DNA of 62,151 nucleotides, the filler included, from Polymyxa betae A26-41 (taxonomy: Eukaryota > Protista > Endomyxa: Phytomyxea), in NCBI GenBank assembly GCA_003693705.1. It is 4 parts of 4 records of this genome, joined end to end, with 100 filler letters (N's around TTAATTAATTAA, not from the genome) between each part and the next. Parts side by side here need not be neighbours in the genome. Positions count along the whole stretch, not along the records: positions 30,481 to 54,016 come from RBZT01000804.1; positions 54,117 to 62,151 come from RBZT01000165.1; 2 more parts are not named here. One strand, given 5' to 3'. Made by a program: the position numbers and the translations under genes. This document shows, in pieces, positions 47,701 through 60,379 of the stretch (its first letter is position 1; each line of letters starts with the position of its first letter). A model generated the notes under the pieces. The model was not told the DNA's origin. It saw only the letters and a program-made list of their open reading frames with translations, and did no database searches.

Positions 47701-50700
47701 AAGCTCGGCTGATGGTTCCATGATTTGTGTGCTGGGCAGTAGAGTAGCCTTCGAAATGCCACCAGATATTCCAGTTTTCTGCGGTGTAATCATGGGTCCT
47801 GTATCTTCGCGTTAGGGCTTAGGTAATTATCCGTGTCTTCTGTATTTAAGTTTATGGAGTGATAATATAGCTCCCAAATCGAAATTGCGATCAGGGTGAG
47901 CAAATACAGGAGCGGTAGTGAATGGATTCTTGAGCTAATCGAAAGAGAGTTGCTCAGGCCCCAGTGGAAACGAGGGCTTTTGTGTAGGAGCGAGTAAGCT
48001 CTCCAGGACAGAATTAGAGCAAACAATCCGCGGGGCCAACATAAACTCATCAAATGGCCCTGATGGTAGATCTAACGGATTCATGAAACTGGCATCTGAA
48101 GACAGCGAAATCTCCGAGCTCATTTTGCAAGCCATGAATTACCAACTCTTCAAAGAACGAAATAACGGCAAACACTGAATGCAACACGCATTGTGACACT
48201 ACAGAACCGAGACCTGGAGAATACTGACCAATCCGTCTTCTGACAAATTTATTGAAATTTGCTCCATACATGATACAAATACGTATGCAAGAATCGTAGC
48301 AAAGAATCTTCCGAGTTGAAGAATAGACATTTTAAGCTAACAGACAAGCGACCCTCCAATTTCACCACTGACGTCATATCCGCGAGGCCTCTCGAATCGT
48401 CCAGAACCAACAATGCGGTTTCCACATCCATTTTGAGAGATCTGTAAGTTGGGAGTGGAAGCAATAGAAAGCATTACAATAAATAAAATATGTGAAATTA
48501 CAGGCGAATAAGTTTCATCAAAATCAATTCCGGCAGCCTGCGAAAATCTTCTTGCGACATAGCTGGCCTTTTACTAACAAACATCCCGTTTTCGTCAGAT
48601 TATGGCCTTGAAGATCCATTTGCTAGAATGGGTCGCATTCCTTAGAGTAGTGCGACCAGATACCATGTCTGGGTTTTAAAATAACATTCTCGGTCAATTA
48701 GCTGAATGCCATCTGTCAGCACGGAGTGCGGCCTACATCGGATCGGTTCAGTGACGTCCGCGATCAGAGCTCAAGGATAAGTTTCGCCTTCAAGCTCGTC
48801 ACCGCTTCAGGATCATTGTCTGCTCAATGAAATCGATGTCACCCATTACTCATTTTGCTGATTTTTCAATCAGGGATTCCATTCAAAAAAGCCTCTCACA
48901 ATCAACAACCGATGTGAGCAGAAAACGGGTCCGCTTGAAAAAGCCCGGACTGCATAAGGATATGGACTATTTGTTGAGCATAATGTTGCTGATATTACAG
49001 ACTACTACCCTATATACTTTTTAAAAAAAAGTATGGAATGTAGAATGCAACAAATGCCACATACATTATAGGACTTTTTTTGCTTTCGCATGTTATGTAA
49101 AGTACAGTCTCGCAAATTTAGTTTTTTTCAGATTCTTGAGGCGGTGAGTCAGATTTTTGAGGCGGTGAGCTAACGTATCGTCATGGCTCGGAAGAGGATA
49201 TTGCAGGCTCATTTATCCCTGATGAACGCCAAAAGGCGAAGAAATCAGTGCCCCCCTGCTTAAGGGTACGATGATAGGAATGATGATTTTCCAACTCACG
49301 CCTAGGTAGCTCGTATAGCTTGTCGCGTTCGGAAAGCGATTACGAAATCTATTGGCTTGCTGAGACAATATCGTATTTACCATCGTTCGAATTTCACTTA
49401 TTTTCCAATTTTTTTTTATAAAAATTTCACCATATTGAGAAGTTTTGGGGAGCTGCTAAACGTTATAGACGTTCACTTCGGGATTATTGGTTTTCTAGTT
49501 CGGTCCGCGTTTTGCCAGAAGCTATTTCATCAGTTTCGGTTATTCCGATTCGGCGATTTGCTCGGAGATGCTTCAGGCTGGTCTTTTGATTATGATACAA
49601 GCCTTATCAGCTATGAGTACGCATGTACATTGACGCATATCGATAGAAAAATTGGGAATTCTTATTGGTGAAAGACGCGGAAAGGACAGTAGGGCAATTC
49701 AAATGTCATCGGATTATTCGGCCTTGGTGGAATAGCGATGAATAAACAGCTTACACTGATCCAATTTCTATTTATTTAATAGAAAATGTCTGTAATTCGG
49801 AGTGCAAATATCTGGCCGCACATTTACAACGAGTTTGCCATCGCAAATATCATTTGCAATGCGGATTACGTGCCTTTTGGAAATTCTCCCATGATTTCGA
49901 AGACCGAAATCTGCGCCACGGACATGTCACATGTAGGACATTTCCTTCCAGGCCTCGTCGCGTCTCGCTCCATTTCGAATCTCTGAGCCTTTCGAAATAG
50001 GGCGCACTTACCAATGAGGCTCGTGTCCATACTGGCCCTGACCGTCACGGTCGCCTTAAACATCTGGTCTGGAACCCCTCAATGCAGAGCCCATCTCTGT
50101 GGCCATGCTGCTGCCGACTGCAGATAATGAATTCGAGGCGATCCTGATGGAAATCCTTCATAAATCTGCATTCGATCTGACAACGAATGAATTGGAGATA
50201 TTGGGTGTAGATAGGACCAATTATATTTATAATGATACTGATATGGAGATATAGAACTCCCAACCTGGAATAGAACACATTGAGGAGGTTTGTAAGATAG
50301 ATGATACAGCTTACGAAGAGGGCGGCGCCAGCGATCCCGTTCCATACAGTGAAGACAATCGCAAAACTGATGCTGAATCTTCCCGTCTTTCTGAAGGTAT
50401 GAATCTATCACAATGCTCCTTATAACAATGTTAAATCGTGATCAGAACGGGAGACTTTCGAGGCGGAAATTTCGAAGATTCTAGAATGTTTAGACGCTCA
50501 CGGTCAAGCTGATTTTAACAATTTGGATTTTCTCGGGATCAAGGAGGCTTCTGTGACTGTTCGAACGCTCGTTCTGCACAACATCAATGATCGCAAGATC
50601 AGGTTGATTGGCAAACTTTATGAACATTTTCAGCATTATTCAGCATCCGTCAATTGGCAGTTAAACCAAGCGAAGTTATCGTTATCTGCAATGCTGCGTT

Positions 50701-52799
50701 GCTATAACGAGCATTGTGGCAACGACGTGGCCGTATTCGCCGAGAGGCACCAAACCCTGCCTGTAAAGTCGTTCCACAGATTACGCTGTAGGGGTAACAA
50801 GCTCTGTGGGAAAGGCAAATAATGAGAGCGAAATCAGAAAGATTGAATGATACGGAAGACAGGATCTCTTCTAGCATAAACTGAATCGTTTTCCTTTCCA
50901 TTGTTTTCTATCGACTCTGCAGCAATCCCATTTTGCTTCTTCCGTGAAGTGTCTTTTCTTCGTGATTTTGAACAGACGTCCAGGCTCTCTTACTTAGATA
51001 TTTCAGAGGTAATTCAGCCCATGTAATCTCATCGTAGTTCAGCCCTACAGAGGACTTCGAGATATTGACCGTGAAGGCAGCAACTGTTGGCCCAATCCTT
51101 CAGGAAGCTAGGGTTTTAGGGTTTAGGGGGTCCCTGTACCTTTTAGAGGCTGCCGTTATCCCCTGCTGGTTTCCCAGCTTTCTCAAAATCAAAAGCGACA
51201 TTTGTCATCGGGTTCAATTCCAATATTTTTCAGATGTGATTTGCATCGAGTATGTCCTGTACGGGCTCGATTCTGGAGCGGTCTGTTGTGTTTTTACTCG
51301 TAGTTCAACTAGAAGGGGTCGCGTCTGTAACACGTTTTAGCGCATTGAAATGGATTGAGCTCCGGATATCCAGAATCCGACTCGGTTTGGTATCTGTGAC
51401 TAGGTAGCGCTTCATCCTTTTTCGTGCATATTTTCTACTGTTTTTGCGAGCTAATTTGGCGATTTCGCAATATCCTTTACAGCTGCATTGACACACTGCT
51501 GTTTATAAGGGATAGTAGCAAGTTGCTGTAGACATGACAAAGAATCTGAAAATATACGAATCTGCTGATTCTTCGGACGCCGTATCTTGTATACGTTAGT
51601 TATACCGTACTGCAGAGTAATTATTTCTGTTTCGTAGCTTGATGTGCTTCAGGGATCTGAATCTGAGCTCAATTTCGGAATTTGTTTTTCCAGTTTCGGC
51701 GTCCAACATATGGGTGACATTCCTATCGGTTAGCAAATCGGAATTGTTAACGTGGTCTGCCGGGATTTTCCATCGCGCTATGTAAGCAGCTCCTGTGAGA
51801 AGACTATCGGTTTCATCGTCTGCTCTGAGGATACCGTCAGTCCAGAGGGTAATGCCCTCGTCGCTATCGGGTAGGAGCTTTCATTTTTTGTGTTTGTCGA
51901 GCGCTTCTGCTCTCGTACTAAGGTGGAAGATGCATTTGCTCAGACCTTCGAGCAAGCCCCACAGCGTTGTATGATTTGTTGAGCGGGTTTATGCAGAGTT
52001 ATCTATAGAGTGGAACGCGCTTGAGCTTTGTTGGCTATTGATTCATCTCCCAATTGTTTGATGGAGGGCATTTATCAAAGTTGGCGTTCCGGAGAATTTT
52101 AAAAGCGCTTCAAAAATTGACCGTGGCATCGATTTACAAGCGCTTTTAAAAGCACCTCGGGAGATGCTTTTAAAAATTTAAAAGCGGAGGCCACGCAAAC
52201 TTGAGAAAAAATTCGGAAAATACCTATTTGTCACTGACTTATAGCATCAGCAGCAAAGTTAAAAGCGCTTTAAAAACCCTTTAAAAGACGTTCAAAGCTA
52301 CCGAAAGCGCATGTTTAATACCCCCTATTGTTTCAAATAGTTCTCCGTGTAATACGGATCTGATCGGATGAATGACTTCGTTGAACATTACACAACTTGT
52401 ATCGGTGTTGATTTTGATTTAGTTTTGTAGACACCATGTTTCCATGTCCAGCAGTTGTGATGTCAAACCTTCTGTAACTTCGTCTTTTGTGGGCGCAGAG
52501 ACCCGCCAGCTGTGTCGTCTACGTAGATATTCGAATTGGCTTCTGGGAGCGGCATATCGTATGCAAAGATCAGCCAGAATAGAACATTGAGGCTGGATCC
52601 TTGGGGATGCCATTCTTTTGTTCCCGGATTTGGGACAGGGCGTTTTTATGTGTAAATGTGAAAGTTCTTTCACGTAATCGTATATTATCAATATTAGTTG
52701 AGGTGGGATTCCAAGTTTTATCATTTCCTTGACTAAGATATGTTTAGGAACTCTGTCATATGTTTTTGTGAAAACGTAAAAGATGCATCCGAACTGTTC

Positions 52800-53600
52800 A
52801 TTTTTGGCCGAGCTTGTACCACAGTAGTACTAGTGCATTAGACATATGAGCGCGTGGGAGGTTGAGTGTCCTGTACGGCACCCGATCGAAGGTGGCAGTC
52901 GGGGGCCAGGTGCCCTTCGAGATTGCACGTGATGCAGTGCGAAATTTTCGTAGGGTCTTTGGTGTGTCTTGTGTGCTTCGCCGCAGATTGTGCAGCGAAT
53001 CTTCCCGCATCTACGGGCTATGGCGCTGTTCGCAGTCGATGGCATGACGATGCTTGCATACGCGTCCCGGGTTCATCTTTAAAGCAGCTGCTGCATAAAC
53101 GTTGTCGCCAATCGTGACCCACTTCCGTGAGTTAATTAACAGACTGGGCTTCTGCAGGGTAATTGTAGGCGACTTTGATGGTGCTCGGCTGATTGAGCTT
53201 AATAAGCTCAACAGGTCTCTCTTTGTCGCGAAAGAACTTGAGGATGAGCTTGCTCTAAATTTGTGCTGGTGGGATTCGAAAGATGACAGCCTGTCGATCC
53301 TCGTCAAATTTAGCTTCGTTGTAGGGTACAAGCTTTCGGGTCTATTAAGTGTTTTCGATCGAAAATAGCTCTCGGTTTGCCAGATTGTCCAGACGCGCAG
53401 GCGTTGTCAGGAATAAAAAGACGGGCTGTTCCGGTATCTTCATGCTGAGCGCAATCAGACAACCCCCCCCCCCGAACAGGCATTTCTCGACCAGCTCAAC
53501 AACGTCCTCTTCACTGTAGGCAAGCTCCGGGTTCCGGCCTGGCGGAGATTCTCCAGCTCTTGTTCCTGGGCGGGAGTCAGGACCGGGCATTGGTTTGTAA
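52800..53600 (-). mobile_element. Non-LTR retrotransposon ORF1 (gag-like) remnant
   Basis: CGKIRCTICGEAH zinc-knuckle pattern typical of LINE ORF1; stops and frameshifts upstream. Confidence 0.5.
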
Positions 53601-53681
53601 TGCGGCTTTGTCCGCTTGGCCCTGCTCCAGCATCCGAGAGAGGCGTTGAACCTCCTTCAAAGCGATCCTGACAGGGTCAGC

Positions 53682-53850
53682 ACTTGAATACCACCCATAC
53701 CACAATGATATTATTGAAAATTTTTCCAAAAATATCACGTTATAAGATCATTGAAAATTTTTCCAAAAATATCAGGTTATATGACCTTATAACGTGATAT
53801 TTTTGGAAATTTTTTCAATAATATCATTGTGGTATGGGTGGTATTCAAGT
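53682..53850. repeat. Near-perfect inverted repeat (~70-bp arms)
   Basis: acttgaataccacccataccacaatgatattattgaaa... / ...tttcaataatatcattgtggtatgggtggtattcaagt. Confidence 0.92.
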
Positions 53851-54116
53851 CAGGGGCGATTTATCCGTGATGATATTAAGGATTAATCCAGGATAATATT
53901 TGAAAAAATGAAAATATTATTAAAAATAATGACTGATATTAAACTTGAATACATAAAAGATTTTCCCAATTATCTTATCAGTAATAAGGGGGGTATATAT
54001 AGCATATATAAAAATANNNNNNNNNNNNNNNNNNNNNNNNNNNNNNNNNNNNNNNNNNNNTTAATTAATTAANNNNNNNNNNNNNNNNNNNNNNNNNNNN
54101 NNNNNNNNNNNNNNNN

Positions 54117-55045
54117 ACTCCGGGCTCTGTAACATGGAAATCGGGAGTAGAAAAAGTATCATGAATTTCTTCAAGAGAGTCTGTCCTGACTATGCCCGTT
54201 ATCCTGATTATGAATTTTTAGCGATTCCTAAGACCTCAGAAATGTTTACAGACGCATTACATTGATTGTTTCCTGAATAGGAAGTGAATCTGGAACACTC
54301 TCTGTATGATGTAGTAAAGATGTTGGTGTTGAAAACATTCCAATATCAGGGTGGGTGTCCAACATTCCACGAATTTCATGCACAGTGAAAATCTGAATAT
54401 TACATCAACTTCATATCATCACAAATATAGAAATCATTTCAAACATTAAAATCTATATCCAGATCAAAATCAAAGTTATGGACAGAATATGAATTATAGA
54501 CAGTCGGTTCCTATAATGAATGTTAAAGAGATGGTGACTTCTTTCGACAAAGCAAATATTACTCTGGTTTCTGTAACGTGGAGGTCGTGAGTGGAGACAG
54601 TAACATGGGTCTCTTCAAGACAGTCTGTAACATGACTATACCCAGCAACCTGATTATGAATATCTCAGCGACTTCAAAGACACCAGACTAAGGAAACGTT
54701 ACATTGATAGTTGCCAGCGAACGAGGGAAATATGGAACACTCTCTGTATGATGTAAAAAAGATGTTGATGTTGATAACGTTTCAGTATCAGGTTGTGTGT
54801 CCAATCTATCATAATTTTCATTCTCATTGAATATCTGAATAATACATCAAGTTCATTCCATCACAGCTATATAATCATTTCATACATTAAAATCTACATC
54901 CAGATCATACTCAAAGTTTTGAATAGAATATGGATCATAGAGAATCGGTTCCTATAATGCATGTTAAAGAGAGGTGACTTTCTGACAAAGCAATGTTACT
55001 CTGGTGTCTGTAACGTGATGGTCGAGAGGAGAGACACTATCAGGA
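54117..55045 (+). repeat. Diverged ~440-bp tandem repeat (>2 units, abuts a gap)
   Basis: Units start at ~54117, 54561 and 54998 (actc.gg..tctgtaac.tg); shared tggaacactctctgtatgatgta. Confidence 0.85.
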
Positions 55046-56367
55046 GTCACATCCAGAGAATATATAGCATTACCAAGGTTCAGCAAGAGGACGACAATCG
55101 CTGCACCAACCATTTCCCGGCAAATAAAGTCTCATAGTTTGCTGAGTGCTCAAGACAAGCCTCATTGTGCGTGAGTTTGATCAATCAGATCGATCCGATT
55201 GGGATCGGTCAACTGCTCTTGTTGATCTTAGAATCGAAAAGCGTGACGATATCGGGGATGATGCAAATAATCTACTGTCAAAGGTATCTTCGAAATCTTA
55301 ACGATACATCCAATTCCAGTCTATATGTTAACAATGTGTCTGGCCGCTGAGCAGCAGTTCAGACCAGTATTAAGCCATCGTCAGTCACTGAGGCCATCTA
55401 CGGCGCTACAGACAGCAGAATTCGCTGAAAACCGCGAGCAGGATAGCCCATTGCGCAATAGTTCAGCTGCCAGTCTGAAGACGTGTTGGCCCGAAAGGGG
55501 ATGCTTCCAGATCGATTGTCGTACGATCAGCAGTTGATATCTCGTTGTCATTCATTGCTTTTGAACCAGTAAACCCAATTTTATCACTTATTTCCGAACA
55601 GAGTGGAAGTAATTGTTTTAGGGCTTTTTTAGGGGCTGTTTTTGAGAATTGGATTCCGTGGAGCCAGCGTTTCGGCTCGGATCTGTCGCGTTGCGGTCGA
55701 TTTGGGGTGGATCGGTGGCGGCTGTCATAACGAGATCTAGATGGATTAGGACACAAGAACCAAGTGAGGTTTTATATATATTCAGGACGCAGGACAGGGT
55801 GGGCTGGCTCAGCAGCCATCCCCACAGTACGATGAAGGGTCACTGGGACCCCCGGCGCAGCCCGCTTCAGTTCCCAGGGTCAGCGCCACTCTAACAGTTT
55901 TAAGGGCTTTTTATGAGTTTTTTTAGGAGCTTTTTTAGGGGTTGTTTTAGGGGCTTCTTTAGGAGGCTTTTAGGATGTAAGCCACCTACTGTACCGAAAA
56001 CAAAATTCAAATCAGCGGCAACGTTAGGAATTAGAGGACATGGAATCTTGGTGCGATCGAAACAAAAGTCAGATTACCACAGATAAAACATGCGTACTAA
56101 TCAACGAGAGCCCGTCGCAACTCTGAAAGACATTCGGCAATAAGCTGTCAAAATAATGTTTAAGGAGAAGCGGAATCACTCGTTGTGAAAGATACTCTAT
56201 GTTGGGCTCGGATTAGGGTCACTTGATGATGTCAATGACGCGGAATCACCTCACATCTGACCATTGGATATATTTAGCGAGGCTCACAGACTTACTCGAT
56301 GAACAAGGCGGCGCCATCTGGCCTGTACAGTACTGTGTGGAATGTGCGTACCTATTAATAATGCCTT

Positions 56368-56469
56368 TGTTTCGTAGGCTGCGCCTGAGTCCCTGTGTTT
56401 CGTAGGCTGCGCCTGAGTCCCTGTGTTTCGTAGGCTGCGCCTGAGTCACTTTGATTCGTAGGCTGCGCC
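56368..56469 (+). repeat. 28-bp minisatellite, ~3.6 copies
   Basis: Unit tgtttcgtaggctgcgcctgagtccctg. Confidence 0.92.
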
Positions 56470-57030
56470 AACAGTCAGCGGGTTCTCTCATGTCATTTCG
56501 GTCTCATCTCTCTCTGATTCTCCTGTCGATCTGCAATGCTCTCTTTCGTGACAATCTGCGTCGTCAGCTGGCTGGCGTTCTTTGCCTCGGTTCCAGGCTC
56601 CTTGGTTCAAGCGTCTGCGTTCTTCGTGGTCAGCAAATCATGCCAGATAATCAATCCTTCTCAGGGCTCCGTTTCTGGAAACATTTTCCATTGCAAGCTG
56701 GGACAGAGTAAGTTTCAAAATTGGTAATGCGTTCATATGTCCTTGTTTTCTCCTTCTTTTTGATTTGTTTCGCTCTATGCCGGCTTTAGATCTCGTCTTT
56801 CTTTTTTTGATTTTATAGTGCTCGGTAATTCAATTTCCATCCTGCTCTTCAATTGAGACATGGTTTGCTGCATTGCTTATCTCTTATCAATTACGGGTGC
56901 GTCCATTTAGCTCACTCTCAGTCTACATACAAAGCAAGATAGGTAACGAAATCGCTGTGACATTGACGCCATTAGATCTTCGGCTTTGTATTTAGAATTA
57001 TTGCAGAGACAGGCTGATCGGGAGCCAAGA

Positions 57031-57573
57031 CTATGGCTGTGTTACAGGACCATTAACAGGGAGATAGAAAGCGTAACCGAGCGCATGGAATGGATCGGGT
57101 AGATGGTAGCCTGGTAACATTACATCTGGATTCCAATCAGCTTGAGCGGTCGGTGTCCGCTGCTCCGGACCGGCTGCGGACTCGAAATCTTCAGAGGGCC
57201 GCGCTCTTGAGCCTGACACGTGACGAGAAAAAGCGCTGCGCCTCCCAATACTGAATAACAGGGGCCGACTCTGACAAAGATGCGCCTCGCCGCGTCGTAC
57301 ACACCGCGGGCAGGGTCGTGCTGTCCCGCAGCGGCACTTGGCTCTGGCACATTTCGTGCATGCCACATTGGTGGACTTTCGAGGCCGCTTGCTGACGTTT
57401 GGTAACATTACATTATCACAAGGATCTTCGGATTCAGTGGCGGCATCCGAAGCCGAGCTGGATGAAGCTGTTTTGGGATTTGGGATTGCGGCTTTGCTGT
57501 CCGCCTCGAAAAGTTCGGCATCTTTGGAACCAGTGCAACGTTTGAGCTGATTCTTTGGTTTTACCGACGCCAT
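57031..57573 (-). CDS. Zn(II)2Cys6 binuclear-cluster transcription factor (180 aa)
   Basis: KRPRKSTNVA-CTKC-ARAKCR-C-GTARP-CPRC-VRRGEAHL-C gives CX2CX6CX5CX2CX8C. Confidence 0.88.
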   Translation of the reverse strand: MASVKPKNQLKRCTGSKDAELFEADSKAAIPNPKTASSSSASDAATESEDPCDNVMLPNVSKRPRKSTNVACTKCARAKCRCGTARPCPRCVRRGEAHLCQSRPLLFSIGRRSAFSRHVSGSRARPSEDFESAAGPEQRTPTAQADWNPDVMLPGYHLPDPFHALGYAFYLPVNGPVTQP

Positions 57574-59454
57574 GATAAGGAGTATTCGGATAGATAAAAA
57601 TAGGTGTGATTGTCGGACAGTGAAAGGGAGTCATCTCGGCCTTAATTGTCTTGGTGGACATTGAAGTCCGGACGATTTTGTGGCGATAAGTCCATAACTG
57701 ACAGAAATCGTCCGAAAATTGTATGGCCGGCAATCTCCGGTATCGATTAGCACACCTACACATTCTAGGTTATGGTTATGGTCATCCAGCCGCATATCTT
57801 CTCGGGATTGGGGTTTCAGAGGAATCGTTTCAGGCCAGGAAAGTACTGAGATTTTTGAGTGAAGGCGGCATCCTTTTTTAAGAGATTGCTTGATTCTTAT
57901 TGATGGTGATAAGTCGTAGTTGGATTTCTGAGTAAATGAAATATGGGACTCAAGAGCTCTTCAAATTATTAAGTAATTATTCAAATAAGCTTTGCCAGTC
58001 TGCGGACATTTTATATTGTTCTATTAACTGAAAGAAATGTGGTCTTTCTGGTCATTTGTGAAGATACCGTTTCATTATACGCGAAGTTCGTGTACCAGCA
58101 TTCGCTGCAGGTTGCTGGATCACGCGGCCAACATCGCCATCTCGAGTTTGCCCGCAGTTCTGACAGATGCCGCTGCTGGTTTCTGAATTGTTAGGATCTG
58201 TCATGCGGAATTTGAGAGCGAGAGTTTCGTGGGCAAAACTTCTATGCGAATACGGTAGATTGGTCTGACGCTATCCAAATTAGATGGTTGGTGGAGATCG
58301 CCATCGATTTGATCAAGCTGTGCAGTATTTCATGGAAATCATGCTGTCGCATCTAACTTCGTGTTGCTTTATCAGTCTTAAGGGAATGGTCTTTGGGAAG
58401 TTGTTTTAATGCCAAAAATGGCTTTATACTTTCAATAAAAACATCACTTCTGGAAATTTTAGCTGTCAATATGTTCTGGGATGTTCTCACAGGCCATGAA
58501 AGCAAAGCCTCTGATTCTCATGACAAACATATTGCTGGAATATTTGGAAATTCCGATGACGATTTCATCTCTTTGATTATTGAGTCGGCAGCCCTTCAAG
58601 ATGTTACTGAAGTCGATTCGTTTTACTTAAAAAAAAAAAGCTGGATGGGTCATTTTCAAAACCCTGCTTAACAAGCAGACGGTTGCAGTTCTATGACCAC
58701 AAGAACAAGCAACCTCATTAGCAGGGTTCTTCTGAGATCTCAGCCTAAGAGTGGAGTAGAGCCTCATTTTTTCTCTCTTTTTCCACGAACTTGGTGAGTT
58801 TGATTCTTCTCGTTGCGGTTGAGACCGCATCAATCGGGGGTACCCAGCGCCATGTCGTTGACAAACCACCGCTGCCTATGGGCCGGTCACTGCCACAGAC
58901 ATCTCCAGTCTTCGGCTGCTGCCGCCGCCGTCGCCACACACGTCCCATTGTAGAGAGCTGCAATCGCCTAAAATGTCTACGTCTTCAACTAGATAGATAA
59001 GTGGCGATTGAAACGGTTCCGATATTGTAATAGCGAAAGAACTCCTCCTATTGTGATAGCTGAAGAACTATTTCGACGAAATCTCCATCAGGTTCTCAAT
59101 TACCGGCATAATTCATCTCTAGTACAGCAGCAATTGTAATTAATTCTAGAAGATGAATGCACATTGTATCACACTTGCCTGCGTCGTCTGAAAGGGCTGT
59201 TGAGCGAGTTCTGTTCACGCACCCGGTTACCAGCGCCGTATCGTTGATGCGACGCCAGCCGATGGACTAATTAATGGTGCTGTCTACGCTAGCTCGCTCG
59301 GTTAAAAATCTTTTGAATCTTCTATTCATTATCATGCAGGATGGTAATATGACTCTGGTCCTACTTCCGGTCCTTTTGTTTCTTGACTTGGCAGCGTTTC
59401 TAAATCTTCGATTCATGGAGAACATATTCCTCGGTGCTCAGAAGACATGCCCTA

Positions 59455-59640
59455 ACAACCTTCAACTGTCTTCAACAAACACTCTTCAACAATCTTCAAC
59501 AATCTTCAACAATCTTCAACAATCTTCAACAATCTTCAACAATCTTCAACAAACTTCAACAAACTTCAACAATCTTCAACAATCTTCAACAATCTTCAAC
59601 ACTATTCAACAAACTTCAACAATCTTCAACATATTTCAAC
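59455..59640 (+). repeat. 10-bp tandem repeat (AATCTTCAAC)n
   Basis: ~18 imperfect units. Confidence 0.95.
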
Positions 59641-60379
59641 TATACACCGTTAGGACCTCGATGCCAGTCAATTCGACCTGAATCTTAAGATATCAACCGG
59701 ATTCACTAATATTTGACCAGTATTATGACTGGAAACTCGATTTAAATTTTCGGTTTTCTTGTCATTGTTTGTTCGGTGTTGTGTATCCTTGGGCGGAGTC
59801 TGTTTAACAGATACCAGAAACCATCAAACAGACTGTCCTAACAATCCGGCCCGCTATCCAGTGCAACATACATCCCCCTTACAAGTTTCCCTTTACAAGA
59901 TTGTGTGCAGGATGCGTAACGATAAGGCTCTTTATCAGGAATAACTTTAGTTATCCCCGCAGTTCTTAGTATCATCTCAATGATTCTAATTTGATCAGGT
60001 GTCTGCAATTGCCCCACATTCACTGCCCGACGGTAAGAATTTCGAGTTTGTTTTTTTCAGTTAGACAATCCCACCTTGAAGATCCCTCTTCGGCAGTCGA
60101 AAAAGCTCAATGGGTTGGCAGTGACGCTGACGTAACATTCTCAACTGTGGATGCGGCCGACTTGGTCGATTTACAGGACACTTCCAGTCAATTTAGATGC
60201 CTTTGGTAACATTGTATTTTTATTGACATTTAGCACCTATTCATTTTTACGCCTAATTGTGGTTAGGCCAATTTGGCCCTGAGGTTTCCGCATCGTCATG
60301 AGTCAACGTCACGAGTGAGACGTCTCCTTCTCATTGGAAAGGCCGCAGTTATCCAACCCAAAAAAGCCGACACCTGTCC

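Noticed and set aside
46185-50411. Several fragmented ORFs (46357-46850 +, 47935-48464 -, 49866-50411 -)
   Set aside because: Probably decayed genes, but no family could be recognised from the sequence alone.
59274-59688. Q/S/T/N repeat ORFs
   Set aside because: Translation of a 10-bp tandem repeat.
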